Positions 18,934-27,429 of a stretch of DNA of 64,000 nt are shown here, piece after piece. A model generated the notes under the pieces. That model did no database searches, had not been told where the DNA came from, and saw only the letters and a list, made by a program, of their open reading frames with translations. The stretch is from an uncultured Acidobacteriota bacterium (GTDB taxonomy: Bacteria; Acidobacteriota; Vicinamibacteria; Fen-336), in assembly GCA_963720545.1 (NCBI GenBank), contig OY970399.1:544001-608000 (forward strand). The letters are read 5' to 3'. The stretch's first letter is position 1, and each line of letters opens with the position of its first letter. The translations under genes were made by a program, and so were the position numbers.

Positions 18934-20200
18934 GGATGTCCTCGTGCTCGGGCGTGAGCCCGAACAACTCGTGTGCCGCGCGCAGCCGCGCGCTGCCCTC
19001 GGCGGTGCGCGGGTCGATGCCGCGCAACTGGCTGGCCGGTGCCTGCAGCAGTTTGTTGACGAGCGCACGCGTGAGCCGCTCGATGTCGCGGCGATGCTCG
19101 GCCGGGAAGCCCGCGAGGTGGCGCTCGACCTCGGCTTCGCGGATCGACTCGAAGCGTGCGCGCAGCCGGCGCTCGAACGGCGGCCGGCGGAAGCTCTCGT
19201 CCCACGCGACGAAGCGGCCGCACTCCTGCGCGACGATGTTCTCGACCTTGCGCACTTCCGCCTCGCGCAGGCTCTGGTTGCGGGCCACCACCTCACCGAC
19301 GTCGTCGATCGACACCAGCGTGACGCCGACGCCGTTAACCGCGGCGCCCGGTTCGACCGCGCGCGGCACCGAGACGTCGATCACCAACAGCGGCCGGCCC
19401 GCGCGACGCGACACGCAGCGATCGAGCGCGGCGCGGGTGAGCAGCGGCGCTTCGGTGCGCACGGCCACCAGCACCACGTCAACGTCGTCGAGGACCGTGT
19501 CGATGTCCTCGAGCCCGACGGCCCGGCCGCGCACTTCCCTGGCCAGGGCCTGCGCGCGCGCCGCGGTGCGGTTCGCGACATAGAGCGCCGCGGCACGCTT
19601 GTCGGCCGCGTGCAGCGCCAGCAGCCTGCCGGTCTCGCCCGCGCCGATCACCAGCACCTTGCGGCTCGCGAACCCGGCCGTGCCGCGCGCGGCGAGCGAC
19701 ACCGCGGCCGACGCCACCGACAAGGCGCCCCTGGCAAGCGCCGTTTCCGCGCGTCCGCGCCGTCCTGCGCCGAGCGCCGCGGCCACCAGCCGCTCGAGCC
19801 GCGGACCCGAGGCGCCCGCCGCACGCGACAGCGCCAGCGCGTCCTTCACCTGGCCGAGGATCTCGGTTTCGCCGAGGATCCGCGACTCGAGGCCGCAGGC
19901 GACTCGCAACAGGTGGCGGCAGGCCGCCTCATCCGAGGCACGCCGCGCCGCGGCTGCCAGGGCCTGCTCACGCTCGGCGCCGAGCGTGCGCGCGACGAAG
20001 CTGTCAAAGGCGCCGCGGTCCGGCGCGAATGCGTACACTTCCGCGCGGTTGCAGGTGCTGAGCACCAGCGCTTCGCGCCAGACGCCGGCCGCGATGCCCT
20101 CGCGCAGCAGCTCCTGCGCCGCGGCGGCATCACGCGCCGCGTGTTCGCGCAGTTCCACCGCCGCTACACGGTGATCGACGCCAAGAAGTTGAAGATCCAT
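18926..20200 (-). CDS. hemA: Glutamyl-tRNA reductase
   Basis: LSTCNRAE, GLES.ILGE..ILGQVK, IGAGETG, IDVSVPR. Confidence 0.93.
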   Translation of the reverse strand: MDLQLLGVDHRVAAVELREHAARDAAAAQELLREGIAAGVWREALVLSTCNRAEVYAFAPDRGAFDSFVARTLGAEREQALAAAARRASDEAACRHLLRVACGLESRILGETEILGQVKDALALSRAAGASGPRLERLVAAALGAGRRGRAETALARGALSVASAAVSLAARGTAGFASRKVLVIGAGETGRLLALHAADKRAAALYVANRTAARAQALAREVRGRAVGLEDIDTVLDDVDVVLVAVRTEAPLLTRAALDRCVSRRAGRPLLVIDVSVPRAVEPGAAVNGVGVTLVSIDDVGEVVARNQSLREAEVRKVENIVAQECGRFVAWDESFRRPPFERRLRARFESIREAEVERHLAGFPAEHRRDIERLTRALVNKLLQAPASQLRGIDPRTAEGSARLRAAHELFGLTPEHEDILG

Positions 20201-20328
20201 CCCTCTCGTACCCGTTCCTGCACGCGCGACCTCGTGGACGGTGGGCGCGTGTTCCAGGGCAAGCGCCCCGGAGTCCTTGCTGAGTTGACCTGCGAAGGAC
20301 CGTTAGAACGGCGGGGGGCGGGAGAAGA
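20201..20328 (-). promoter_or_regulatory. Structured hemA leader: three hairpins closed by pairing of the upstream ORF's last codons with the hemA initiation region
   Basis: Hairpins 20273-20300, 20256-20269 and 20221-20251; CCGUUCU (20305-20311) pairs with GGAACGG (20212-20218); UCUUCUC (20322-20328) pairs with GAGAGGG (20201-20207). Folded by eye. Confidence 0.55.
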
Positions 20329-20788
20329 GCGACGGCGTGAACGCGGCGCGTCTTGCCGAAATGGCGGAGACGACGCCCACGCGCGCATGTCGAAGCCGCG
20401 GCACCAGAAGCTGGGCGCGGCCAAGAAGCGCCGTGACCAGCAGGATGGTGGCGACGATCGGCGCGAGCGAGCCGGGAAGCAGGAAAATGCCGTCGGCGTT
20501 GGCAACAGAATCGACAGGTGGCGCCGCCACGCCAAGATGCAGCGCCACCACCAGTACGCCGAGCACGACCAGCTTGCGCGTGGAGAACGGACGGCCGCGG
20601 CGCCACAGTTCGCGCAGCGCGGCGACGACGGCAAGGGCCGCTCCCCAGCGCACGAAATCGAGCGCGCCGAAGTCGGCCCGGGCAATGCGCGAAAGAAGCA
20701 GCCAGACGTGGAACAGGACCAGCGGCACGCCGGATGCGGCGCCCGCGATCCACAACAACTTCCGGCCAGTCAAGGTCTTGCCAGTCAC
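20303..20788 (-). CDS. Four-helix membrane protein with C-terminal RPPP motif; candidate arrest/leader protein of the hem operon
   Basis: 161 aa, four hydrophobic segments, His27 and His84, ends LFSRPPPF-stop; fills the gap between the GAF gene and hemA. Confidence 0.7.
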   Translation of the reverse strand: MTGKTLTGRKLLWIAGAASGVPLVLFHVWLLLSRIARADFGALDFVRWGAALAVVAALRELWRRGRPFSTRKLVVLGVLVVALHLGVAAPPVDSVANADGIFLLPGSLAPIVATILLVTALLGRAQLLVPRLRHARVGVVSAISARRAAFTPSLFSRPPPF

Positions 20789-20800
20789 CTGCTGCCGACC

Positions 20801-21562
20801 TTACGACGCCGGAGTGCCCCGGTCAAGGCTGATCTGCCCCGGCTGGCGGCGCAGCTCGTCCACCAGCCGCGCGTTGCGCAGGGCCACCACCAGGAACTCG
20901 GCGATGGTTTCGCCGGTGGCCACGTCGTCGAGGCCGAAATCGTCGATCTGGTCGCTCTGCACGTCGATCGCCCCCACCACCTCGCCGCCGTCCATCAGCG
21001 GCACCACCATCTCGGAGCGCGTGTCGAGGACGTCGCGGCGATAGTCGGGGTCGCGGCGCACGTCGCTCACCACCTGCGGCGCGCGCTTGCGCACCGCGCG
21101 GCCGATGATGCCGGCAGCCGGGGCCTGCGCGCGTCCCGCCGACTGGCGGCTCACGCCCTCGCGTCCGGCCCACCGCCCGATCAGGACGCCATCGGTATCG
21201 AGCACGGTGACCGCGACCGAGTTGTAGTTCATCTTTTCCTGGATGGCGCGCGCCGCCTCCTGCATGAGCGCATCGGATTCGAGGATGGACGCGACCCGGT
21301 GGATGACCGAGTTGAGCATGGCCAGGTGGTCGGCGCGGCGCTGGTGGAGGCGCGACTGCGCCCGCAGCGCGGACACTTCCTCGCTGAGTTCACCCAGGCG
21401 CGCGAGCGCCAACCCGTCGGGCCCGCCGCCGGCCCTGTGCGTCGCCGGCCTGCGAACCGCCGGTGCGGCCCGCCTCGCCTTCTTCAGCGGGTTCCTCGTG
21501 GTCGTCTTCTTCTTCACCGCTTTTTTCTTCACCGCGGTCTTCCTGCTGGCGCGCGACTTCAT
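20801..21562 (-). CDS. Stand-alone GAF domain protein with Lys-rich N-terminus
   Basis: GIIGRAV...VSDVRRDPDY...TRSEMVVPL...VVGAIDVQSD...ALRNARL; ATGA overlap with ubiE. Confidence 0.85.
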   Translation of the reverse strand: MKSRASRKTAVKKKAVKKKTTTRNPLKKARRAAPAVRRPATHRAGGGPDGLALARLGELSEEVSALRAQSRLHQRRADHLAMLNSVIHRVASILESDALMQEAARAIQEKMNYNSVAVTVLDTDGVLIGRWAGREGVSRQSAGRAQAPAAGIIGRAVRKRAPQVVSDVRRDPDYRRDVLDTRSEMVVPLMDGGEVVGAIDVQSDQIDDFGLDDVATGETIAEFLVVALRNARLVDELRRQPGQISLDRGTPAS

Positions 21563-22308
21563 CGGGGTTTCTCCGCTCGGTAGAGATGGGCAATGCCGGA
21601 CGTCAGCGATTCCGCGGTGATGGCGGCGAATCCGTTGCGCTCGAGCAGCTCGCAGAAGCGCTGCGGCTCCGGGAACCGCGCGATCGACGACGGCAGGTAT
21701 TCGTAGGCCGAGCGGTCGCCGCTGACGAGCGCGCCGACGCGCGGCAGGACGTGGCGCGAGTAGGAACGGTACAAGGCACCCATGAGGCCGCGTGGGTTCG
21801 AGAACTCGAGTATCAGGAAGCGCCCGCCCGGGCGCAGCACCCGCGCCACCTCGGCCATGGCCTGCTCGAGACGCAGCACGTTGCGGATGCCGAACGAGAC
21901 ACACGCGGCATCGAAGGACGCTGCGGCAAACGACAGGTTCTCCGCATCGCCGCCGAGGAGCGTCGCACGCCCGGCGAGTCCGGCGCGTTCGAGCTTGCCG
22001 TGTCCCAGCGACAGCATCCCCGACGAAAGGTCGATGCCGGCGCCGGTGGTGCCGCCGGTCTTGCGCAGCGCTGCGCGCAGGACATCGGCGGTGCCGGTGC
22101 ACAGGTCGAGGAGTCGCTCGCCGTTTTGCAGTTCCAGCCGCTTCACCAGGCGCCGCCGCCAGCGCAGGTCGGTGCCGCCGGAGAGCAGGTGGTTGAGCAG
22201 GTCGTAGCGGTGCGCGATGCGGTCGAACATCGACCGCACGGCCGCTTTCTCGGGGGCGCCGGGCGTCGGACCGGGCAACACCGCCGACGAGCTCCTCACC
22301 ACGGCCAC
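21559..22308 (-). CDS. ubiE: Demethylmenaquinone methyltransferase (UbiE/MenG)
   Basis: MFDRIAHRYDLLNHLLS, LDLCTGTAD, FGIRNV, RVLRPGG, AYEYLPSSI. Confidence 0.93.
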   Translation of the reverse strand: MAVVRSSSAVLPGPTPGAPEKAAVRSMFDRIAHRYDLLNHLLSGGTDLRWRRRLVKRLELQNGERLLDLCTGTADVLRAALRKTGGTTGAGIDLSSGMLSLGHGKLERAGLAGRATLLGGDAENLSFAAASFDAACVSFGIRNVLRLEQAMAEVARVLRPGGRFLILEFSNPRGLMGALYRSYSRHVLPRVGALVSGDRSAYEYLPSSIARFPEPQRFCELLERNGFAAITAESLTSGIAHLYRAEKPR

Positions 22309-22315
22309 CTGCGAA

Positions 22316-23179
22316 TTATAGAAGGACGAGGGCGGTCACGGTGGCCGCAAGGTACAGGACGCTGATCCAGCCGTTCACGGTGAAGAACGCGGCGTTCACG
22401 CGCGACAGGTCGGAGGCGCTCACCAGGCTGTGCTCGTACACGAGCAGCAGCGCCACCAGCGCCACCCCGAGGAGGTAGGCGGGGTGCAGCGGATGGAACC
22501 AGTAGACCGAGGCGAGCGATGCCACCGCCAACACGTGCAGGCCGCGCGCGATCCCGAGCGCCGTCGCGACTCCGAAGCGTGCGGGCAGCGACCGCAGGCC
22601 GGCGCCGCGGTCGAAGTCGGCGTCCTGGCACGAATAGATGACGTCGAAGCCCGCCACCCAAAACAGCACGCCGAAGCCGACGAGGAACGGCACCACCGCG
22701 AAGCTGCCGCGGATGGCGAGCCATGCGCCGACGGGCGCAATCGCAAGTGCGACGCCAAGGACGAGGTGCGACAGCGACGTGAACCGCTTGGTATACGAGT
22801 AGCCGCAGACGATTGCCAGCGCCAAAGGCGCCAGCACTCCGCACAGCGGGTTGAGCGCGACCGCCGCTGCCACGAATGCCGCGGCCGACAGCGCCACGAA
22901 CAACCAGACATGCAGCCGCGCCAGCCGGCCCGACGGCAGCTCGCGGCCGCTGGTGCGCGGGTTGCGCGCATCGATGTCGTGATCGGCGAGGCGGTTGAAA
23001 CCCATGGCCGCGCTGCGCGCGCCGACCATGGCCACGACGATGAGCGCCACCTGGCGCAGCGTGACCCCGTTGCCGCCGGCAAGCGCCGCCGCCGCGAGCG
23101 CGAACGGCAACGCAAACAGCGAATGCGAGAAGCGGATCATCCGCCCGTAGTCGACGACACGCCCGCCGGCGGTGATCAT
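22316..23179 (-). CDS. UbiA-family prenyltransferase (MqnP-like)
   Basis: HSLFALPFA, ARSAAMGFNRLAD..ID..NPRT..RELP, YSYTKRFT, GFDVIYSCQD. Confidence 0.9.
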   Translation of the reverse strand: MITAGGRVVDYGRMIRFSHSLFALPFALAAAALAGGNGVTLRQVALIVVAMVGARSAAMGFNRLADHDIDARNPRTSGRELPSGRLARLHVWLFVALSAAAFVAAAVALNPLCGVLAPLALAIVCGYSYTKRFTSLSHLVLGVALAIAPVGAWLAIRGSFAVVPFLVGFGVLFWVAGFDVIYSCQDADFDRGAGLRSLPARFGVATALGIARGLHVLAVASLASVYWFHPLHPAYLLGVALVALLLVYEHSLVSASDLSRVNAAFFTVNGWISVLYLAATVTALVLL

Positions 23180-23193
23180 GGCCGCGCCTCGCG

Positions 23194-24378
23194 TCAGACG
23201 GGACGCGGGCGGGCTTCGCCGGACACCAGGAACTCGAACGGATCTCCCGGTGCCGTGTAGGCCGAGGCATGCACCAGCTGCGCGCGCTTGCCCGGCGCGA
23301 TGGTGCCGAGATCGTCGAGGCCGAGGGCGCTGGCGCCGGCCACGGTGGCCATGCGGACCAGCGTCTCGGCGCCGAGCGTCGGCACCGCGCGGCGCAGCGC
23401 GCCGATGTCGTCCATCAGGTCGAGTGTCGGCACGCTCGCGAGGCTGTCGGTGCCGATGCAGACGTTGATGCCGGCATCCACCATCTTCTGCACCGGCGGC
23501 AGCCCCACCTTGAGGTTGCGGTTGCTGCGCGGGCAAACCGCGATCGACACGCCCGACGCCGCAAGGTCCGCGACGTCGTCGTCGTCGGCCTGCGTGCAGT
23601 GCGCGGCGATCAGCTTCGGCCGCAGCACGCCGATCGAACGCAGGTACGCGACGGGGCTGATGCCGGGCGCCTGGAACGGCACCGGGCCGACGCGCCGCTT
23701 GAGGAAGTCGGACCAGTCGCCGTTGCCGGTCATGAAGAAGCGCATCTCGGCGGGCGATTCGGCGAGGTGAATGGTCGCCGGCGCACCCTGCGCCGACATC
23801 AGCGTGAACAGGTCGCGCGACACCGAGTGCGGCGCGTGCGCGCCCATCATCACGCGCACGTCGCTCTCGCCAAGCTCGGGGTCGAGCTGCGCCAGCCGTG
23901 CCAACGCCTTGTCGAGGACCGTCTTTGCCTGCGCCGGGTCCCAGCCGATCAGTTCGTAGAAGACGACCGCGTGCAGCGGCGAGTTGGCCAGCAGGTCGAG
24001 GTGCGCGAGCGTGTTGGAGATGTCGCCGACGGCGACCGTACCCGTCGTCTCCAGCGCGCGCAGCGCGTCCTGGACCTTGAGCCGCACCACCTGGGCGTTC
24101 TCGTCGCGGCGCGCGTCGATCAGGTTCTGCACCCACGGCACGAAGCCGAGCGAAAAATCGATGCGGTGGCGCAGGTGCGACAGCTCGATGTGGCAATGGG
24201 CGTTCACGAGACCGGGCAGGAGGACGCCTGGACCGAGACGGCGCACGGGTCCCTGCGGCTCCCCCGCCTCGCCGGCGAGGCCGACCCAGACCACGCGACC
24301 GTCCTGGACCGCCACCCGCCCGTTCGGCAAGGGCGGCCGATCCATCGGCACCACCCAGGACGACGTCAGTATCTGCAC
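23194..24378 (-). CDS. Metal-dependent amidohydrolase, probable aminodeoxyfutalosine deaminase
   Basis: PGLVNAHCHIELS, HAPHS, HLAES, CPRSN, GTDSLAS; substrate inferred from the mqn context. Confidence 0.75.
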   Translation of the reverse strand: MQILTSSWVVPMDRPPLPNGRVAVQDGRVVWVGLAGEAGEPQGPVRRLGPGVLLPGLVNAHCHIELSHLRHRIDFSLGFVPWVQNLIDARRDENAQVVRLKVQDALRALETTGTVAVGDISNTLAHLDLLANSPLHAVVFYELIGWDPAQAKTVLDKALARLAQLDPELGESDVRVMMGAHAPHSVSRDLFTLMSAQGAPATIHLAESPAEMRFFMTGNGDWSDFLKRRVGPVPFQAPGISPVAYLRSIGVLRPKLIAAHCTQADDDDVADLAASGVSIAVCPRSNRNLKVGLPPVQKMVDAGINVCIGTDSLASVPTLDLMDDIGALRRAVPTLGAETLVRMATVAGASALGLDDLGTIAPGKRAQLVHASAYTAPGDPFEFLVSGEARPRPV

Positions 24379-24454
24379 CGTCTCGAATGATAACGCTTCG
24401 AGCCGCGAACCGCGGCGCTATACTGGCGCGATTTCATCCATTGGAGGGCGAACA

Positions 24455-25402
24455 ATGTCAGCGTTCCGAGGCGTCTGGGCGGGCGCGGTGGTGGTGGCGT
24501 CAGCGGCCGCGTTTTTCACCTTGTCGCAGCCGGCTGCGGCGCAGGACTGGAAAGGCATGGGCCGCATCGAGGGCCGTGTCGTCGACGCCGACGGCAAGCC
24601 GGTCGTCGGCGCGGACCTGAAGCTCGAGCTCGTCGGCCGCGGCGCGGGCGCAACCGCGAAGACCGACAAGAACGGCCGCTGGGCGCTGGGCGGCATCGCC
24701 GCCGGCCGCTGGAACATCGACATCTCGGCGCCCGGATACAAGACCAGCAAGACCTACCTCGACCTGCACTCGGAAACGGAGCGGCCCAAGCCCCCGGTGA
24801 CCGTCCTCGAGAAGGACACTCCCACCGGACCGCCGCCGGAAGTGCTCGCTGCAGTGAAGGCGGGTGACGAAGCGTTCGCAGCCGGCAAGTTCCCCGAAGC
24901 GCGCGCCGAATACGAGAAGCTCCTCGCCATGCGCCCCGACCTCGCCGACACCCTGCACCTGCAGATCGCGCGCTGCTACGACCAGGAAGGCAATTTCCCG
25001 AAGGAGCTCGAACACCTCAAGGCGCTCATCGAGATCGACCCGACCAACAACAACTTCCGCTTCCTCGCCGGCCAGGTCGCGATCAAGTCGGGCCAGGTGG
25101 ACGACGGCCTCACGTTCCTGAAGGGCGTCAACGACTCGGGCGTCACCGACCCCAACGTCTTCTTCAACGTGGCTGTGCTGTTGCTGAATGCCGGGCGCAG
25201 CGACGACGCGGTCGTCTACCTCACCAAGAGCATCACCCTCGACCCCAACTACGCCGACGGCTACTTCCAGCGGGGCCTCGCCTACATCGGCGCCGGCAAA
25301 ACGGCCGAAGCCCGCGCCGACCTGGAAAAATTCATCGCCCTCGCCCCCGCCGACTCGCGAGCCGACATGGCGAAGAAAGCTTTGGAGCAACTGCCGAAGT
25401 GA
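24455..25402 (+). CDS. Secreted protein with carboxypeptidase-regulatory-like domain and TPR repeats
   Basis: Signal peptide; GRIEGRVVDADGKPVVGA...KTDKNGRW; TPR-like helices such as DPNYADGYFQRGLAY; GGAGG SD. Confidence 0.8.
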   Translation: MSAFRGVWAGAVVVASAAAFFTLSQPAAAQDWKGMGRIEGRVVDADGKPVVGADLKLELVGRGAGATAKTDKNGRWALGGIAAGRWNIDISAPGYKTSKTYLDLHSETERPKPPVTVLEKDTPTGPPPEVLAAVKAGDEAFAAGKFPEARAEYEKLLAMRPDLADTLHLQIARCYDQEGNFPKELEHLKALIEIDPTNNNFRFLAGQVAIKSGQVDDGLTFLKGVNDSGVTDPNVFFNVAVLLLNAGRSDDAVVYLTKSITLDPNYADGYFQRGLAYIGAGKTAEARADLEKFIALAPADSRADMAKKALEQLPK

Positions 25403-25507
25403 AGCGCATCGGGATTGTTCAGCGGCAGTAGGAGTGTTGCGAGGAGACTCTTCGCGCTCTGCCGACGACATGGAGCGCTCAGAGAAACGGGCCGGGAGGC
25501 GGCGGGG

Positions 25508-26653
25508 CTACTGGATGACGGGGAGTTCGACGCGGACGCCGGGGGCGAGGGTCTTCTGCTTCACCGGCGGGGCAGTCCAGCAGTAGGGGTCGCCGACGAT
25601 TTCGTAGTTCATGGTGCGGCGCTTGGGGACGAAGCCGGCCACCTGGATGTTGCGGGCGATCTCGGCTTCGGTGAGGCGGAAGTGGGCGCCGGCGGCCGAG
25701 ACCACGTTCTCCTCGATCATCAGGCTGCCGAAGTCGTTCGCGCCGAAGCGCAGCGAGATCTGGCCGATCTTGCCGCCCTGGGTCACCCACGAAGCCTGCA
25801 CGTTCTCGAAATTGTCGAGCATCACCCGCGCGACCGCGAGGGTGCGCAGGTACTGGAACGAAGTGAGCTCGTCGCCGGCGATCGCGGTGTTGGAGGGCTG
25901 GAAGGTCCAGGCGATGAACGCGGTGAAGCCGCCGGTTTTGTCCTGCAGCTCGCGCAGGCGGATGAGGTGTTCGATGCGCTCCTCGAGCGTCTCGACGTGG
26001 CCGAACATCATGGTGGCGGTGGTGCGCAGGCCTTGTGCGTGGGCCACTTCCATCACTTCGAGCCAGTCGGCGGTGGTGCCTTTCGCGATGCCGATCACCC
26101 CGCGCACGCGATCGGAGAGGATCTCGGCGCCGCCGCCGGGGATTGAGTCGAGGCCCGCGCCGATCAGGCGCCGGACGGTCTCGCCGGTCGAGAGGTTCGA
26201 CACCTTGTTGATGTGCTTCACCTCGGTTGGCGACAGGCCGTGGATCCAAAGCTGCGGGTACTTGCCCTTCATCCAGGCGAAGAGCTCCTCGTAGAACTCG
26301 ATACCGAGGTCGGGGTGCAGGCCGCCCTGCAGCAGGATCTGCCGGCCGCCGAGCGCGATCGTTTCCTCGATCTTCTCGCTCAGCTGCTCCTTCGTCAGCA
26401 AATAGCCTTCCTTGTCGGGAAGGTCGCGGTAGAAGGCACAGAACGAGCACTGCGCGGTGCACACGTTCGTGTAGTTGATGTTGCGGTCGATGATGTAGGT
26501 GACGCGGCCTTCGGGGTGCAGCCGCTCGCGCACCGAGTCGGCCAGCTGGCCGAGCGACAGCAGGTCGGCGTCGCGCAGCAGCTCGAGCCCTTCGGCGGCG
26601 CTCAGCCGCTCCCCCGTGTGGACTCTCGCCGCTATCGCCTCAAAGCTCGCCAT
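25508..26653 (-). CDS. mqnC: Cyclic dehypoxanthine futalosine synthase (radical SAM)
   Basis: IDRNINYTNVCTAQCSFCAFYR, LQGGLHP, PGGGAEIL, QASWVTQG, FGANDFGS.M.EENVV. Confidence 0.92.
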   Translation of the reverse strand: MASFEAIAARVHTGERLSAAEGLELLRDADLLSLGQLADSVRERLHPEGRVTYIIDRNINYTNVCTAQCSFCAFYRDLPDKEGYLLTKEQLSEKIEETIALGGRQILLQGGLHPDLGIEFYEELFAWMKGKYPQLWIHGLSPTEVKHINKVSNLSTGETVRRLIGAGLDSIPGGGAEILSDRVRGVIGIAKGTTADWLEVMEVAHAQGLRTTATMMFGHVETLEERIEHLIRLRELQDKTGGFTAFIAWTFQPSNTAIAGDELTSFQYLRTLAVARVMLDNFENVQASWVTQGGKIGQISLRFGANDFGSLMIEENVVSAAGAHFRLTEAEIARNIQVAGFVPKRRTMNYEIVGDPYCWTAPPVKQKTLAPGVRVELPVIQ

Positions 26654-27429
26654 AGAACCTCAGGGGCGGTACTTGCCGAATGACGCCCACGGCCCGCGCC
26701 CGCCCGTAAAACTCCAAAAGCCCCGCGTACTCTTCGTCCCCGAGGCGGAACCTGATGTTGTCCCGCAGGTAGGCTTCCTTCACCTTCGCCTCGAGCCCGG
26801 CCATGCCATTGTATCGCGCGGCTATGGCGGGAATCTCCACCAGGCCTCGCGCAGCGGCGCCGCCGAGGCCGGCCAGTTGGCCGCCGGTCACGGCCCCCGG
26901 GCGGCCCGCCCAGAAGGCGTAGACGAAAGGCAGGCCAGTCAGCTCTTTCCAGGCGCTGCCGAAGTCGAGGACCTCGGCATCGCCACGGTACGCGAGAGCG
27001 GTGTCGCCGATGACGAGCGCCGCGTCGGCTCGTTGCAGCATGGCGTCCACATCCGGCGCGACGGTGACCGTGTCGGTAGGCCGTGACGCCCTTCGCGGCG
27101 AGCAGCACGCGCAGCAGCGCGACGCTCGTGCGGCTCGAGATGTCGAGCGCGACGCTGCGAATCGAGGTGACCGGCCGGCGGTGGTAGAGGCACACCGAAC
27201 GCACGGCGCCGCGGCTTGCGATGCCGATGCCCTTGACGATGGCGTAGTCGCCATTCGCGTATTCGATCGACGGGATCGTGCCGAGGTCGATGGTCCCGCC
27301 GTGCAGCGCGTCGGCGATCCGCGAAGGGATCTCGCGCACCAGCTCGAAGCGGGTGTCGGTGTCGAGGCCGGCGAGGAGGGGTTCGACGTTGAGGTACGAG
27401 ACGGCCCCCAGCCGGACGACGCCGCTCAC
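26640..27429 (-). CDS. mqnA: Chorismate dehydratase MqnA; one frameshift near 27080
   Basis: LGAVSYLNVEPL, GAVRSV, SSRTSVAL in one frame, then ADAALVIGD, WKELTGLPFVYAFW in the next. Confidence 0.85.

Noticed and set aside
20201..20302. Known riboswitch (cobalamin, SAM, FMN, TPP) upstream of hemA
   Set aside because: No recognisable consensus motifs; the structure is better explained by coupling to the upstream ORF, though an Rfam search was not run
18482..21583. Very long alternative-frame ORFs (1033 aa here; also 46222-48963, 56616-59594, 14814-16988)
   Set aside because: Shadow ORFs antisense to clear genes, Arg/Ala/Gly-rich with no motifs; expected at this GC content
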